A stretch of DNA of 64,000 nt, taken from NCBI GenBank assembly GCA_963842645.1, contig CAWJGY010000009.1, forward strand, positions 15,433 to 79,432. The letters run 5' to 3'. Shown here piece by piece: positions 61,764 through 64,000 of this stretch; position 1 is the stretch's first letter, and each line of letters opens with the position of its first letter. Under the pieces are notes generated by a model. The model was given only the letters and a program-made list of their open reading frames with translations, ran no database searches and was not told the origin of the DNA. The position numbers and the translations under genes are program-made. Source of the DNA: an uncultured Alphaproteobacteria bacterium (GTDB taxonomy: Bacteria; Pseudomonadota; Alphaproteobacteria; Rhizobiales; Xanthobacteraceae).

Positions 61764-63022
61764 ATGACAAGCACCTTACTACGGCGGCTCGGCCCGCTGC
61801 TGTTGAGCGGCGGTATTGCACTCGGCCTGACTGCGACCGCGAAGTCCGAAGAGCTCCGTATCGGCTTTCTGGCGCCGACCACCGGTGTCTTCGCCCAGGT
61901 CGGCAAAGACATGATCGACGGCTTCAAGATGTATCTCGATGAAAAAAACAACAAGCTCGGCGGCGCCGATGTGAAATTCATCGTCGAGGACGAGCAGGGC
62001 AACCCGCAAACCGCGGTCACCAAGGCAAAGAAGCTCATCCTGCAGGACAAGGTGCATTTCTTCGTCGGCGGCCTGCTGGCGTCGACGGGTTATGCGCTGG
62101 CGCCGGTGAGCACCGCTGAGAAGGTCGTTTACATTTCGCCGGTGTCTTCGGCGGATGATCTCACCCAGCGCGATCTGCCGAAGTACCCGTATTTCTTCCG
62201 CACCGGCTGGAATAGCTCCCAGCCAAGCCATCCGTTTGGACAATGGGCCTGCGAGCAGGGCTACAAGAAGATCGCCGTCATCGCCGCCGACTACGCGTTC
62301 GGCTACGAGGTTGCGGGCGGCTTCCAGCGCGCGTTCGAGGCTTGCGGCGGGCAGATCGTCCAGAAAATCTGGCCTCCACTCACCACCAAGGACTTCGGGC
62401 CTTACATCCCGACCTTGAAGGCCGATGCGGATGCGATCTTCACCGTCATGGTCGGGCCGATGTCGCTGCAGTTCCCCAAGCAATTGGCAGCGGCCGGCAA
62501 CAAGAAGCCGGTGATCGGCGGCGGTCCAAGCTATGACGAGTTCGTGCTGCCTTCGATGGGCGACGAGGTGATCGGGCACGTATCGGTTCTGCAATACAGC
62601 GCCGGGATCGACACACCGAAGAACGCAGCCTTTGTGAAGGCCTATCGCACCAAGTTCGGCAAGATGCCGGGCTACTATTCCGAGACCAACTACACGACGG
62701 CGCAGATCATCGACGACGTGATCGGCAAAGCCGGCGGCAAGTATCCGGGCGCCGAGCAATTCCTCAAGAATGCTCGGCGAGGCCAAGGTAGACGCGATCG
62801 CGCGGACCCGTAAGCTATGACGAGATGCGAAGCCCGGTGCAGAACATCTACATCAAGAAAGTCGCGAAGGTGAAGATGTTCGGCTACCCCAACGAGGAGC
62901 TCTGGAACACCGTCATCAAGACCTATCCGAACGTCAACCAGTTCGGGCAGTTCAAGAAGGACGAGTTCCTGGCGACGCCGGTTTACAGCCGCGATTATCC
63001 GCCCTGCAAGTTCTGCAACTAG
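61764..63022 (+). CDS. Leu/Ile/Val-type ABC substrate-binding protein (disrupted at ~62765-62830)
   Basis: IGFLAPTTG, ED..G.P, YFFRT, DYAFG, DFGPYI; C-terminus continues in ORF 62825-63022. Confidence 0.88.
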
Positions 63023-63029
63023 CATCACT

Positions 63030-63062
63030 GGACCGGGGCTTCACTCGAAGCCCCGGTCCTTT
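63030..63062 (+). terminator. Strong stem-loop after the binding-protein gene
   Basis: ggaccggggcttc-actc-gaagccccggtcc followed by ttt. Confidence 0.7.
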
Positions 63063-63087
63063 CGCCTCCATCGCAGAGAAGTAAAAC

Positions 63088-63860
63088 GTGAGCGCCGACA
63101 CGACCACCAACGGCCCGACGCCGGTCCTTGAGTTGAAAGGGCTGTCGAAGAGCTTTGGCGGCCTTCAGGCCGTGCGTGGCGTCACGTTCACGATCATGCC
63201 CGGCGATCGCAAGGCGATCATCGGTCCGAACGGCGCCGGCAAGACCACGCTGTTCAATCTGATCACCGGGATTTTTCCGGCAAGCTCGGGACAAGTGTTG
63301 CTGTTCGGCCAGTGACGTCACCGGCTGGCAGAGCCACCAGCGTACGGCGATGGGCATGGCGCGCACCTTTCAAATCACCAGTCTGTTCCCGACGCCTGAC
63401 CGTGCTCGACAACGTGCTGCTGGCGATCAAGGGGTTGCGGCGGTCGAAATTCGTGATGTGGCGGTTCATGTCGTCGTACCGCGAGGTCTACGAAAAGGCG
63501 CATCGACTGCTCGAACAAGCGGCATTCATGGACCGCGCGAATACCGAGGTTCGCTATCTCTCGCACGGCGAACAACGCCAGCTTGAGATCGTTCTTGGGC
63601 TTGCGAGCGACCCGAAGATACTACTTCTCGATGAGCCGGCGGCGGGATTGTCCTCCGGCGAGTCGGTCGAGATGACGAAGTTCCTGATGAAGCTCGACCC
63701 CAAGCTCGCGATCCTCCTGATCGAGCACGACATGGACGTGGTGTTTGACGTTGCTCACACCATTTCCGTTCTGCACTTCGGCGAAGTGCTTGAGACGGGA
63801 GCACCGGAGCAGATCAAGAACAGCCAGAAGGTCCAGGAAATCTACCTGGGAACGGGCTGA
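63088..63860 (+). CDS. ABC ATPase (LivG-like; disrupted at ~63310-63400)
   Basis: [34 protein letters not shown]. Confidence 0.88.
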
Positions 63861-63864
63861 GCAA

Positions 63865-64000
63865 ATGTCGAACATCCTCGAAGTCCAGGACATCCATACC
63901 TACTACGGCGACGCCTATGTCCTGCAAGGACTGTCGCTCCGCCTCGAGCAGGGCCAGATTCTGGGTCTTTTGGGCCGCAACGGCGTTGGAAAGACCACGC
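63865..64000 (+). CDS. ABC ATPase (LivF-like), 5' partial
   Basis: [28 protein letters not shown]. Confidence 0.85.
   Translation, partial: MSNILEVQDIHTYYGDAYVLQGLSLRLEQGQILGLLGRNGVGKTT

Overview
GC-rich alphaproteobacterial chromosome segment, Hyphomicrobiales/Xanthobacteraceae-like (inferred from gene content and repeat families). Bases 1-4000 are an accessory-looking block just downstream of a minus-strand tRNA-Glu(CTC). It holds an RND-pump tail, an ABC substrate-binding (ABC_sub_bind-type) gene sandwiched between directly repeated arrays of 30-bp palindromes with ~45-bp period, and a HAMP-adenylate cyclase. Core genes follow: rluD, rpoH, an RgsA-like gene, purA, serA/serC with a serC-leader motif, two OMPs under a CtrA box, bfd-bfr with Irr boxes, and glmM. 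The rest is mostly catabolic and transport genes: lldD, an amidase, Bug/TctC receptors, three LLM monooxygenases, a sigma54-driven cynABDS operon, aroE, a circularly permuted ROK protein, a xanthine-dehydrogenase-family Mo-hydroxylase with a cyclase, a HisD paralog with an SDR, maiA, and a Liv-type ABC system. Many genes at ~11-29 kb and ~62.7-63.4 kb are frameshifted, including housekeeping ones, most plausibly from sequencing or assembly error. The top candidates for novelty are (1) the hairpin-array/'DEVIE*' cassette architecture at 260-2035, echoed next to a Bug gene at 25.6 kb; (2) a 2.8-kb three-gene cargo sitting inside the spacer of a REP doublet with an 8-bp direct repeat; and (3) the permuted ROK and two unusual domain architectures. 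No database searches were run; all family calls come from motif recognition.
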